The position numbers were made by a program, and so were the translations under genes. Under the pieces are notes generated by a model. That model had not been told where the DNA came from, did no database searches, and saw only the letters and a list, made by a program, of their open reading frames with translations. From Octopus vulgaris (taxonomy: Eukaryota), in contig OX597820.1 in assembly GCA_951406725.2 (NCBI GenBank), forward strand, positions 19,282,001-19,346,000: DNA of 64,000 nt, in the 5' to 3' direction. Each line of letters starts with the position of its first letter. Position 1 is the stretch's first letter. This document shows positions 38,315-50,653 of the stretch, piece after piece.

Positions 38315-38398
<84 letters not shown>
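38212..38398. repeat. Long (TA)n microsatellite
   Basis: Direct reading. Confidence 0.95.
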
Positions 38399-38400
<2 letters not shown>

Positions 38401-38830
38401 CATAAGTGTGGCTGTGTGGTAAGAAACTAGCTTTCCAACCACACAGATGTGGGTCCCACTGCATGGCACCTTGGACAAGTGTCTTTTACTATAGCTTCAG
38501 CCCAGCCAAAGTCTTGTGAGTGGATTTGCTAGATGGAAACTGAAAGAAGCCTGTCATATAAATATATGTCTGTGTGTTTGTATATATCTATGTGTGTGTG
38601 TCTCTGTTCACCTGCCGTCACTTGAGAAACAATGCTGGTGTATTTATATCCTCTTTTGCCGAACCACTAAGTTACGGGGACGTAAACACACCAACATTGG
38701 TTGTCAAGCGATGGTTGGTGGGGGACAAACACAGACACACAAACATATACTTACATACATATATATAAAACCTCTCAAGGTGTTGCTCTAGTGTAGCTGT
38801 AGTCCAGTGACCGAAACAAGTAAAAAAAAT
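38399..38830 (+). mobile_element. Older SINE A with a minus-strand A fragment inside
   Basis: Plus-strand head and tail; 38650-38765 is a reversed A body. Confidence 0.75.
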
Positions 38831-39329
38831 AAGATATCTTCTTGGGAAAAGCGAGATAGGCAAGCACAGTAGAAATATTTTAGATTCCATCATTCTCAAC
38901 ACTTAGAAGGTCACGGCTGTTCTTTTCTCTTATAATAGGTTATCAGTTATCAAGTGCTTCACTAACAGATAATAATTAGCACTTTTGTTAATTTATGAGT
39001 TTCAGTATGATAGGGTTTTATTGGCCTGTAACTAAATCACTTCTCAACAAAGCCTATTATTGGTCTATTAGTAAATCCCTTCTCAGCAAAGCTTTATTTT
39101 ATTTGATCATTAATATTATTGTGCTTCTGTGAATGTGTCTCTTTCTGTGTCACCTTGTCGTGATTGATCATATGACATAACTGAATTATGAATTCAGAAA
39201 TTCCGGATTGTAATAAAATGTGTGTGTACATATGATGTATGTACATAAATACATGAATGCATGCACGTGTGTGTATATATATATTATATATTATATATTA
39301 TATATATATATCATCATCGACATCTCTGT

Positions 39330-39731
39330 TACTCTTTTACTTGTTTCAGTCATTTGACTGTGGCCATGCTGGAGCACCACCTTAAGTCGAACAAATCGAC
39401 CTCAGGACTTATCTTCTTTATAAGCCTAGTACATATTCTATCGGCCTCTTTTGCCGAACCACTAAGTTACGGGGACATAAACACACCAGCATCGGATGTC
39501 AAGCGATGTTGGGGGGAAAAAGACAGACACACAAACATATACACACGTATATATATATATATACATATATATGATGGGCTTCTTTCAGTTTCCGTCTACC
39601 AAATCCACTCACAAGGCTTTGGTCGACCCGAGGCTATAGTAGAAGACACTTTCACAAGGTGCCACGCTGTGGGACCTGAACCCAGAACCATGTGGTTGGT
39701 AAACAAGCTACTTACCACACAGCCACTCCTA
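39330..39731 (-). mobile_element. SINE A, full length
   Basis: Head, core and tail on the minus strand. Confidence 0.9.
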
Positions 39732-39782
39732 TTTATATATATATAAATATAATGGAATAATTACTATGAAGCATTTTGTAGA

Positions 39783-40064
39783 ATATATTGTATAAAAGAT
39801 CATGGGCAAAGCCAAAACAATACAAAGTAAATGCAAGGTAAATCACAAGAAAACAAATATATGAATTTATGTAGACTTACCTTGTATTCAATATTTCGGG
39901 GGTTATGACCCCATTTTGAAGAAATTGTGAAAATGGGGTCATAACCCCTGAAATATTGAATACAAGGTAAGTTTACATTAATTCACGTATTTGTTTTCTT
40001 GTAATTTACCTTGCATTTACTTTGCATTGTTTTGGCCTTACCTACAATCTTTTATACTATATAT
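39783..40064. repeat. Long fold-back (~135-bp arms, 12-nt loop)
   Basis: ...CTTACCTTGTATTCAATATTTCGGGGGTTATGACCCCATTTT / AAAATGGGGTCATAACCCCTGAAATATTGAATACAAGGTAAG...; loop 39918-39929. Confidence 0.95.
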
Positions 40065-40171
40065 AAATGTGTATGTATGTATATATGTGTGTGTGTATGT
40101 GTGTGTGTATATATATATATGGAGAGTGTAAGAGAGCGAGAGAGAGAGATTTTGATATTTTTATGCATATA

Positions 40172-40828
40172 TCTTTTACTTGTTTCAGTCATTAGACTGT
40201 GACCATTCTGGAGCGCTGCAATGAAGAATTTTTTATTTGAATGAATTGAGCCAGTATTTATCTTTTTTTAAAGCTTAGTTCTTATTCTATTTTGGTCTGT
40301 TTTGCCAAACTGATAAGCTACAGGAACATAAACACAGTAACACTGGTTGTCAAAGGGCAATGTGGCATCAACACAGGTACAAAGTCACACACACACACAC
40401 ATATATATCTTCATTATATCCGTTGTTTAGCATTGACTTTTTTATGCTTGTATGGATAAGATGGAGCATAGTGAGGCAGATTTTCTACCAAGAGATGCTC
40501 TTCCTGTCACCAACCCTTGCTTGTTTCCGACCTGGGTAACATTTCCTATGGCCAGACACCCTAACTACTAAGTTTAGTGGTTAGGGTGTTGGACACATGA
40601 TTGTAAGATTGTGGTTTCGATTCCTGGACCGGCACACACACACACACATATATACATATATATACGACAGGCTTCTTTCAGTTTCCCTCTACCAAATCCG
40701 CTCACAAGGCTTTGGTCGGCCTGAGGCTATAGTAGAAGACACTTTCCCAAGGTGCCACGCAGTGGGACTGAACCCGGAACCATGTGGTTCGTAAGCAAGC
40801 TACTTACCACACAGTCACTCCTACGCCT
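40172..40828 (-). mobile_element. SINE A fragments and an older C-related tail
   Basis: Old A tail at 40172-40385, C-like tail at 40415-40560, A head half at 40660-40828. Confidence 0.7.
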
Positions 40829-41629
40829 GTATATAATGTATGTATATATATTTGTAAGTAAGTATATGTAAATAAACTGATATATACATATGTGTGTGAG
40901 TGTATATACATACACACTCACACACATACATGCATAAGAGCAGAGTAAGACAGGAGAATTAAAATTTTTGTTATATCATCATAGATTACATGATCTATAT
41001 ATCTATATATATATATATGAGAGGAGTATGTTTTATATGTGTGTCTGAGTCTATATGTGTATGTATGTACACAAACGCATATAGATAAGACAGATTGGGT
41101 ACATGCACACACATACACACACATTTACAGTTATAGAAAACTTGGAGTCATTCACTGTGACTTCCAGTTTTACACCTCAAAGCTCAGCCAGGCTGTTTGA
41201 ATAAGTCTAGTGGGGCGAAACGTGAAGTCACAGGCAAACACTGTGTATAATATATCTGACTCTATTTTGGGATGGTCTCCTTTCATCATAAAATTTCTAT
41301 GTTGATTTTTTTTCACTTAATGACCTTATCATTAACAGTGGTGTGTTTTGTGTGTGTGTGTGTAAGCACATGTTTTTGTGAGCAGGTATATATATATAAT
41401 CATTATTTTAATGTCTGCTTTTGTATGTTTGCATGGGTCAGATAGCATTCAATTCAGATTTCCTGTTGCTGGATGCCGTTCCTGTTGCATGTGAATTTAG
41501 GAAGTGGAGACTACAAGAATCCTATCACATGTCTGTGTGTGTGTGTGTGTGTGTAAGTATTGATATCTGTTAAACAAATGAGAGAGAATAGTCAGTACAT
41601 GCTGTAGAATTTATGGCTATTTTGTGACT

Positions 41630-41897
41630 CGAGTTTCATGCCAGTGGGATCTTCGGTGAGAACTGTTACTACTCAGTTTTGGTGGCATATTTATATTCAT
41701 TGCTGTGGCATATTTATATTCATTTATATTGTCCCATGTTTTTGTTTCTTCATTGGTTTGCATTTGCCAATTTGTTGTTATTTTTCTGCCTCTTCATCAG
41801 TTACTATTTGATGAGGAGGTATGTTCTTAATGTGCCTGTTCAATGTACCCTGTGTTGCTACAGTTCTCGCTTGAAGATCACAATGGCATGAAACTCC
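41630..41897. repeat. Degenerate fold-back
   Basis: GAGTTTCATGCCAGTGGGATCTTCGGTGAGAACTGT pairs with ACAGTTCTCGCTTGAAGATCACAATGGCATGAAACTC; internal hairpin CCTCTTCATCA...TGATGAGGAGG. Confidence 0.75.
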
Positions 41898-42472
41898 AGT
41901 TGTAAGATAAAGATTCAATTTCAGTAAATATATGAACAAGTATCTTTTATTATAGCCTCTGGCCGACCTAAGCCTCGTGAGTGGATTTGGTAGACAGAAA
42001 CTGACAGAAGCCCATTGTATTTATGTGTGTGTGTATGTGTGTGTGTGTGTGTTTGTGTCTGGTTTGTCTCCCACCACTGTTTAACAACTGTGGCAAAATT
42101 TGAAACCATTATTTTTATTATTAATATTATTATTGTTGTTGTTGTGTGTCTGTGTGTGCGCTTGCATGCAGGTACAGATATACACTCTGCATATACACAC
42201 AAATATACTTACATGCAATATATTCATATTTACATTTCCTTTATTTTGCACATGTATGTGTGGGTGCATACATTTATTATATTTCAAAGTTTACTGAAAA
42301 CTTGTAAAACGTTTCATCTTCAAAAAAACAACAAAGATGTCACATTGGCAAGTTGTAAGTGAAATTTTGAAATATAAAATAACACATTTTGGCTTAAAAT
42401 GCATTATTTTTTTCTATTTGATTAGCAGCTGACTTAGTTCTGTGGCTAAGGTTACTTGTACTACTATAACGC

Positions 42473-42630
42473 TCTTTTACTCTTTTACTTGTTTCAGTCA
42501 TTTGACTGAGGACATGCTTGAGCACTACCTTTAGTCGAGCAAATCGACCCCAGGACTTATTCTTTGTAAGCCTAGTACTTATTCTATCAGTCTCTTTTGC
42601 CAAACCTCTAAGTTATGGGGGCCGTAAACA
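42473..42630 (-). mobile_element. SINE A 3' part
   Basis: Tail motif on the minus strand. Confidence 0.8.
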
Positions 42631-42704
42631 TATACATACACATGCACATACATATATAGATATATACATACATATATAAATGTATATATATATATATATA
42701 TATA

Positions 42705-43068
42705 TCATCATCATCATCATCGTTTAACGTCCGTTCTCCTTGCTAGCACGGATTGGACGGTTCGACCAGGGATCTGGGAAGCCAGAAGGCTGCACCAGGC
42801 TCCAGTCTTATCTGGCAATGTTTCTACAGCTGGATGCCCTTCCTAACGCCAACCACTCCGTGAGTGTAGTGGGTGCTTTTTACGTGCCACTCGCACAGGT
42901 GCCAGGCAAGGCTGGCAACGGCCATGGTCGGATTGGTGCATTTTACGTGCCACCGGCACGGAAGCCAGTCGAGGCAGCACTGGCTTCGGCCATGATTCGG
43001 ATGGTGCTTTTTTACGTGCCACCGGCACGGAAGCCAGTCGAGGCAGCGCTGGTATCGGCCACGATTTG
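42705..43068 (-). mobile_element. Family C element with internal ~65-70-bp repeats
   Basis: (CAT)n tail abutting (TA)n; TTTTACGTGCCACCGGCACGGAAGCCAGTCGAGGCAGC occurs twice. Confidence 0.9.
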
Positions 43069-43269
43069 ACACACATATATATACATACATATATGTATCT
43101 CTCTCTCTCTCTATATATATATATATTTGCTTTTATCATTTGTTTCAGTCATTGGACTGCAGCCATACTAGGGGGTTTAAGGGGTTTTAGGCTTTTGAAG
43201 GCATTTAATCAAACGATTTGATCACTGTACTTGTCTTTTTCTATTATTTTAAAGCCTGGTACTTATTCT

Positions 43270-43496
43270 TATTTCTTTATTGCTCACAAGGGGGCTAAAC
43301 ACAGAAGGGACAAACAAGGACAGACAAAGGGATTAAGTCAATTACACCGACACCAGTGCGTAACTGGTACTTAATTTATTGACCCTGAAAGGATGAAAGG
43401 CAAAGTTGACCTCGGCGGAATTTGAACTCAGAACGTAATGGCAGACAAAAAACTGCTAAGCATTTTGCCCGGTGTGCTAACGTTTCTGCCAGGTCA
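43270..43496 (-). mobile_element. SINE B inserted in an old SINE A
   Basis: 15-bp TSD CCTGGTACTTATTCT (43255-43269, 43497-43511). Confidence 0.9.
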
Positions 43497-44066
43497 CCTG
43501 GTACTTATTCTACCATCCTCTTCTGCTGAACCACTAAATTATGGAGGATGTAAACAAACCAACACCCATTGTCAAGCATACGGCCTTCCAATTTTTTTTT
43601 TCAGCAATATAATAACAAATTTGGCATGAAGGTTTTTCATTACTCAGGGAAGGTTGGGGGGGGAGTTAAATTTTGGCCCTTGCCCATATAGGAGACTGTA
43701 GCGTCCCCCCCCCAACCTTTCCGATTTTTTTCAACAGCATAATACCAAATTTGGCATGAAAGATTTTCATTAGTTGGAGAAGGTTCTAGTCAACTTATAT
43801 AGGAATTACCACAAACATTTCTTGGGGGTTATTGTTTAATCCAAAGCCTCAAATATTATTCTTGGTTTTGCCCTGTTGTGCCAAGGCAGAGAGATCATCG
43901 GCCTTTTGGATACTAGAATTGCCAAGATGTAGCTGTTCATGTGAAAAAGATGGGCCTTTGATACAGGCTGTTTACTTATAATGTTTGGTCAAAATACTTC
44001 CAATAATTGATTGCTCTTGGCATGTGTTGGTGCTAATGACAAAGTCAGGAAATTTTTGCTTTTTAA

Positions 44067-44292
44067 CCCTTTTGTTACATTATTTCTGTTGAAGTATTTT
44101 GTATTTGCTTCAATTAATTTTGAAAATAAAGAATTTGGTAAAACATTTTGGTCATTATTAAACTGGTAATTGGAACATAAAATTAACAAAGAATTTTAAT
44201 GGGAAATTTTAATTTAGATCACTTTATATAGAAAGTTTACATTAAAAAAAAAAAAAAAATTGGGCAGTCTTGGGTGGGTTGTATCAAAAGGG
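44067..44292. mobile_element. Second piggyBac-like MITE family
   Basis: TTAA|CCCTTTTGTTAC...GTATCAAAAGGG|TTAA. Confidence 0.8.
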
Positions 44293-44799
44293 TTAAATCG
44301 AAATTCCAAATAATTTTGCTTCTGGAATAGTATGGAAATGAAACAGCTGTACCCAATAAATTTTCCTGGAAAGTGATTAAGATGGTAACTTTTGTGTTGT
44401 TCCAAAGTTGTAGACAACTTTGGTTATGGTTTCAAGGAGATTGTGCTGATTTTGTTTTCAGTTTGTCCTAGTTTCAATGTATTGGTTTCCCAAACTACAA
44501 GCACTTATAGGAATTACAATAGAGTATAGGAATTACCATTCGGTGTAGGAACGGCAGCTGATGTAGATGATGCATTGGTTAACTTACACTTAGCCAACAG
44601 CAGTTGGGATCAGAACAGACACCAGTCGTACTCTTTTGCAATGTTCTTTTGTATTAAGTGAACACAGGTTCTATTTTTTTATTTCATTACTTAGATCATT
44701 CATTGCTGGAAAAGACTGCATAAATGTATCAATCAATGAATATATATAGATTTTAAACACACACATGCACTCACACACAAATTTATATGTATGTGTGTA

Positions 44800-45132
44800 T
44801 GTGCTGGTGCCATGTAAAAAAACACTTGGTCCACTCTGCAGAGTGGTTGGTGTTCAGAAGGGTATCCAACCATAAAAAGACTATGCGAGAACAGACACAG
44901 CAGCTTGGTATAGTCTTCTACTTGGCTGGCTCCTGTCAAACAGTCAAACCCATGCCAGCATGGAAGGCACGTTAAACAATGATGATGATCAACATCGACT
45001 TTGCCTTTCATCCTCTCGGGGTCGATAAATAAAGTACCAGTTACGTACTGGGGTCGATGTAATCGACTTAATCCGTTTGTCTGTCCTTGTTTGTCCCCTC
45101 TATGTTTAACCCCCTGTGGGCAATAAAGAAAT
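44800..45132 (+). mobile_element. Family C tail followed by a 5'-truncated SINE B
   Basis: C motifs at 44800-44990; B body and type-1 tail at 44995-45132. Confidence 0.8.
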
Positions 45133-45152
45133 ATATATATAATATATATATT

Positions 45153-45545
45153 CATCATCATCATCATCATCATTTAGCGTCCGTTTTCCATGCTAGCATG
45201 GGTTGGAAGTGTGAGTACTGGCATTCACATCCATCGGAGCATACTGGCTTCATTTCTAGCGAGCTTACGCATATCCTCAGCAGTCACGGCCATGTTTCAC
45301 TGCCATGTAGCATGGCTGTTCGTACACACGCATCATACAGTCTGCCTTTCACTCTGTGCGAGAGCCTTTTGTCACCAGCAGAGGTAAGAGCTCTCTGAAC
45401 TTTGCCCAAGCTATTCTTACTCTAGCAGTTACACTTTCAGCACACCCGCCCCGCTGCTGACTTGGTCACCTAGGTAACGGAAACTATCAACTATTTCTAG
45501 TTTTTCTCCTGGAAAGTGACAGAAGTGGTCTCAGAGCATTTTCAG
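45153..45545 (-). pseudogene. RTE-clade LINE fragment fused to the family C 3' terminus
   Basis: EKLEIVDSFRYLGDQVSS, CAESVTARVRIAWAKFRELLPLLVTKG, RVKGRLYDACVRTAMLHGSETW, TAEDMRKLARNEASMLRWM; then CCAACCCATGCTAGCATGGAAAACGGACGCTAAA(TGA)n. Confidence 0.9.
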
Positions 45546-45638
45546 TGTTTATTGTTCTGAGCATCTGCCACATACAAAAACCAATAAAGAAATATATATA
45601 TAATATATATATTGCGCGTATATATATATATATATATA

Positions 45639-45992
45639 CTAGCAGTATCACCTGACATTGCTCGGGTTTGTTTCGACCCTTTAGAATTGGAATTTTTGAA
45701 AAGTAAAAATTTTGCATTATGTAGCTTGTTATTCTCTTTAAGTGAACATTTTTCTGGTTTAAATATACTGCAAAATAGCGACACAGCAGTCAAAAAATCA
45801 TAAAAAATAGGGATTTTCATAGAAAAGAAAGCACCTTTTTGATGTACATAATTTTTGGTGTTAACATGGTCCGATTTGAATTTTTTCTTCTACGGAAGGA
45901 AGAGCAAGCCTTCTTCTATCATACTCTCAATTTTGGTCAACTTGCGCTGCAGAGTCTCGGAGGAGATAGTGGTAGCCAAGACAACTTCAGCT

Positions 45993-46005
<13 letters not shown>
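45639..46005 (-). mobile_element. Non-autonomous Helitron
   Basis: Reverse complement of the 11330 family; CTAG end at 45639-45642; both ends lie in (TA)n. Confidence 0.9.
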
Positions 46006-46057
<52 letters not shown>

Positions 46058-46918
46058 TGTATGCAAGTATATGTGTGTGTTTTTATGCTCACACACACAC
46101 ACATGCAATCACATGTGTGCACACACATTGCTTCTAGTCTCTTGTATTCACCAGACCATAAGCATTTAGCAGTATATATAAGTCAGTATAATTACGGTAT
46201 CTCTGAATGGCTGGTACTTACCTAGACACACACAAGGCTTCATTAGTCTACAGTTTGGAGATGTAAACACAGCTGTAAAGCAATGTAATCAGTGTTGTCA
46301 GATAAGCCAAGAAAGGAAATACCTCTCAATAGGATGATGTCACAATTGCCAATGTTACTCTTCACTATTTTTATCACTTGCCTCAATTGAAAAGGCTATA
46401 AAAGTCACGTCAAAGTCGAGTTAGAATATCGCTTGGTTTGACAGCTGATATTAGTTTTTGGAATATAGTCACACGTAGTTTTGGCTTTTGGCTTTAAAAT
46501 TCTTCATGAATTTTTCCTAGAAGAATACCTCCCCCCCTCCCAAAAGTGTATACTAGAGTCGAGTTGTGTAAGTTTCCAGTGAAGATGCGTGGATTAATGG
46601 TTAGAGTGTTTGGTTCCTAGTTGTAATACTGCGAGTTTGATTCCTGGTGCTGGTGGCTTGTTGTGATGTTGAGTAGGTGTCTTCTACTGTAACCTCAGGC
46701 TGATCAAATCCTTGCAGGTGGATTTGATGGATGGAAACTGAAAGAAGCCCATTATTTGTGTGTATGTATGTATGTATGTATGTGTGTGTGTGAGTGTATG
46801 TATATGTGTATGTGTGTATGTATATATATATGGATAAGGTCGTTAATTTAAAATAGAATAACGATCTTATCAAGTGGCCAGCTTGGAAAAATAACCTTAA
46901 AAGATAACAATTATTAAA

Positions 46919-47082
46919 ATTATAAATTAGGGTATCTATGAGATACCGTCATGCTGAAAATAGCAGCCATGATCTGACTCTAAAAACACCTCAAGTGTTC
47001 ATATACTCTTAAGGTGGTTTTAGAGTCAGATCATGGCTGCTATTTTCAGCATGGTGGTATCTCATAGATACCCTAATTTATA

Positions 47083-47084
<2 letters not shown>
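46919..47084. repeat. Fold-back with ~76-bp arms
   Basis: ATTATAAATTAGGGTATCTATGAGATACC...GACTCTAAAA mirrored by TTTTAGAGTC...GGTATCTCATAGATACCCTAATTTATAAT. Confidence 0.95.
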
Positions 47085-47116
<32 letters not shown>

Positions 47117-47159
47117 CAAGTAAAACACATAGGACAAGATACAAACAAGATCATCGTAA

Positions 47160-47390
47160 GGTAGGTGTGGCTCTGTGGTAAGAAGTTTGCTTCCCAGCCA
47201 CATGGTTGTAGGTTCAGTCCTACTACGTGGCACCTTGGGTAAGTGTCCCCTGCTATAGCCTCGGTCCAACCAAAGCCTTGTGAGTGGATATGGTAGGTGG
47301 AAATTGAAAGAAGCCTGTTGTGTGTGTGTGTGTGTGCATGCGCATGTGTCTGTCCCCCACTACCACTTGACAACTGGCATTGGTGTGGTT
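47160..47390 (+). mobile_element. SINE A, 3' truncated
   Basis: Head and core present. Confidence 0.8.
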
Positions 47391-47569
47391 AGGGTTCCAT
47401 GCAGAGATGGCTATCTGCAAGTGAAAGCCCTGTGAGTCAGAGTAACTTGTTCCAGCTCATCTCCTTCAGTGATCTCCAGGGCAACGCTTTTTCTATTTTG
47501 TCTGCCAGCATCATGAGGCAGTCTGAATTACTGGGAATCAAGAGAATATAAAAATTTCATAGCTTACTC

Positions 47570-47905
47570 CATCATCATTGTTGTCATTCATCGTCTGCTT
47601 TCCATGCTGGCATGGGTTTGACGGTTTGACTGAGGACTGGTGAGCCAGAAGGCTCACAGAGTGTAGTGGATGCTTAGAGAGTGTAGCGGATGCTTATATG
47701 TGCCACTGGCACGAGGGCCATTCAGGCAGTTCCGGTAACGACCACGCTCAAAAGGTGTTTTTTTATGTGTTACCTGCACGGGAGCCAGTCCGGCGGCACT
47801 TGCAACGACCACACTCGAATGTTGTTTTTCATGTGCCAGTAAGGCAACGCTGGCAACGGTTACACTCCAATGATATGTGCCACTGGCACGGGAGCCAAAC
47901 CTGGC
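47570..47905 (-). mobile_element. Family C element, degenerate
   Basis: Tail TTCCATGCTGGCATGGGT and internal GCCACTGGCACG repeats. Confidence 0.7.
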
Positions 47906-48255
47906 ACTCTGTACAAACCCATCTACTACAACACTGAATAGGCAGATGAAGTGGCACCCTTGAACAAAGAGAAAGAGAGGAAAAGAGGACAAAGAACAGA
48001 GTGACCTGTTACCGGCCAGAAGTCAGAAGGGACAAAGCAGGTCAGGCTGTATGGGATAGAAGAATCATGGGAAGATGTGAATGCATTGTGGGGAGGGGTT
48101 AGAATTGAAGAGGAATGGAGAGGAGGAAGAGAATAGAGTGAGAAGGAAAAATGAGAGAGAAACATTGGGGGAAAAGAGGAAGCCGAGAGAAAGAGAGAGA
48201 GAGAGAGAGAGAATTAAAAAGAGAGGTAGTCACTAAAAAATTGACATAAATATTG

Positions 48256-48417
48256 ATATAAACTCTTTAGTATGGTATATATATATACATATATATATAC
48301 CATACTAAAGAGTTTATATATATTATATTATTTTTATATATTATAGTATAGTAGATTATTATAGTAATAGATATTGTTATATGTGTATATATATATACAT
48401 ATATATATATATGTATG

Positions 48418-48453
<36 letters not shown>

Positions 48454-48507
48454 TACATATAACAATATCTATTACTATAATAATCTACTATACTATAATA
48501 TATAAAA
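48256..48507. repeat. Two adjacent fold-backs, each centred on (TA)n
   Basis: ATATAAACTCTTTAGTATGG/CCATACTAAAGAGTTTATAT (48256-48320) and TATAGTATAGTAGATTATTATAGTAATAGATATTGTTATATG with its mirror (48332-48507). Confidence 0.9.
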
Positions 48508-48657
48508 GTAACAATATGTGTTACTATATAATCCCTAACATATCCACAAGACTTTCTCCTAATATGATAGTGATTAACCAGTGTAATTTTTGGATTATTT
48601 AATCCCTAATGAGTACCTGACATCCTCAAATTAACTATATATATATATATATATATA

Positions 48658-49176
48658 CCATGAATCCTCAAGTATAATCCGCATTTTTTTCCCCAAATTT
48701 AAAGGTCAAAATCCCTAGTGCGTACTATATACGAGGTTAAAAATGAAAAATATTTTCTAAGCAATGTCTGAGTCTCTATTTGCTGTCCGGCAATGTTTAT
48801 TCAGACGCATTTTGTGATGTCGGGCGTGAAAATACCTTAAGCTAAGCCTGAAAGCAATGAAGTCATAAAAGAATCATCCATAACTTGCAGTAAGCAACAT
48901 TTATTAAACGTTATTATTGTTATTACTGTTATTTCTTTATTTTCTGCAAACAAAATGCACAAAAAAGCTACACATTTGCATTATGTTATATGTACAATAA
49001 TAATAAAGGACGTTACCGTATACATTTTTACAAACCAAGGACGTTATATAGACCTCTTTGACTCAAGTTAGAGAAGGGGTGCGTATTATACACAAGCTTT
49101 AGGTTTTTCAGAAGTACAGCCCCTTAAAAATCCCTTGCGCATTATACTCAAGGGCGGACTATACTTGAGGATTTAC

Positions 49177-49178
<2 letters not shown>
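48658..49178. mobile_element. Tc2/pogo-like MITE (521 bp)
   Basis: TIRs CCATGAATCCTCAAGTATAATCCGC / GCGGACTATACTTGAGGATTTACGG, TA flanks within (TA)n, subterminal GCGTA(C/T)TATA repeats. Confidence 0.85.
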
Positions 49179-49212
<34 letters not shown>

Positions 49213-49244
49213 TGCTCCAGGCCTCTCTGCTGGTATATATCAGT

Positions 49245-49425
49245 AGCCCCTGTATTTCAATGGGCCAGGCCTGCTACATTCTGTATTATGTTGAACCTCC
49301 CTGAGAATTATGTTAAGGGTGCATGTGTCTGTGGAGTGCTCAGCCAACTTGCACATTAACTTCACTAGTAGGCTGTTCCATTAATCGGATCAACTGGAAG
49401 CCTCGTCGTCGTAACTGACACGGGA
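49245..49425 (+). mobile_element. Solo copy of SINE D tail type 2
   Basis: Matches 50858-51030 (GTTAAGGGT...GTGTCTGTGGAGTGCTCAGCCA...GGATCAAC). Confidence 0.75.
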
Positions 49426-49477
49426 CCAGAGAGGGTTTTCATGTATTTATCTGTATGTAAATATCTACACACACACA

Positions 49478-49544
<67 letters not shown>

Positions 49545-50114
49545 ATATACATACACACACACAGCTGCATGTTGAATATCTTGTACTAATGAATACACAG
49601 AGTTTGAACTTCTGGAAAAATTTGTGGTTTTAGGTATATAAAGCTACTAATGTATAAACTTAAATAACAGTGGAAAAGTATGTGTGTGTGTATGTGTGTG
49701 TGAAAGGGGTAGAGCAAAATCTAGCATGGGGATTTTTTTTTTTTGGTAACAAAATTCATTTGTAAGAGTAACTTTGAAAATTGGTTATTGGAAATTGAAA
49801 ATTTGAATATTGGAAACAATCAAGTGTTTTATGTCTATTTGGAATTTTATTGATTAACTGGTGGGTGGGTGGTTGGTATTTCATACACAGCGTTTGGTAC
49901 ACGAACGGGTTATAGTGACATGATGCTTGTACAGCACGAATGCCGTTCTTTAAATATCCAGAAGCAAGTAAAAGAAAAGATGTGCAGAAATTATACTAGC
50001 TAAAATTTTGAAGTCACTTTCATCTCTGTTCTAGTAAAAGTTTAATAAAATTCTTACTCTGCTAAAAAGTATTAAGTAATTCTACAGTTTTATGTTAAAT
50101 TGGTTTTATATAGA

Positions 50115-50508
50115 AAGGAGTGGCTGTGTGGTAAGTAGCTTGTTTACCAACCACATGGTTCCGGGTTCAGTCCCACTGCATGGCTCCTTGGATAAGTGTC
50201 TTCTAGTATAGCCTCGGGCAGACCAAAGCCTTGTGAGTGGATTTGGTAGACGGAAACTGAAAGAAGCCCGTCGTATATATATGCGTGTGTGTGTGTATGT
50301 TTGTATGTCTGTGTTTGTCTCCCCGCAACATCGCTTGACAACTGATGCTGGTGTGTTTATGTCTCAATAACTTAGTGGTTTGGCAAAAGAGACTGCTAGA
50401 ATAAGTACTAGGCTTACAAAGAATAAGTCCTGGGGTTGATTTGCTCGACTAAATGCGGTGCTCCCGCATGGCTACAGTCAAATGACTGAAACAAGTAGAG
50501 TAAAGAGT
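50115..50508 (+). mobile_element. SINE A, full length
   Basis: Head, core and tail are all present. Confidence 0.9.
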
Positions 50509-50653
50509 ATATGTGTGTGTGTGTGTGTGTGTGCGTGCGCGTGCGCGTGCAAATATGAATGTGTGTAGACCAAATTTGATTTTAATTTGCTTCGTGGGAG
50601 CAACTGTTTTATCGAAAGCATATATTGTTGTTATATGCTTGATATACGAGACT

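Noticed and set aside
49890-50005. CpG-containing patch after an acceptor-like CATACACAG
   Set aside because: Only a short unrecognised frame and no convincing donor.
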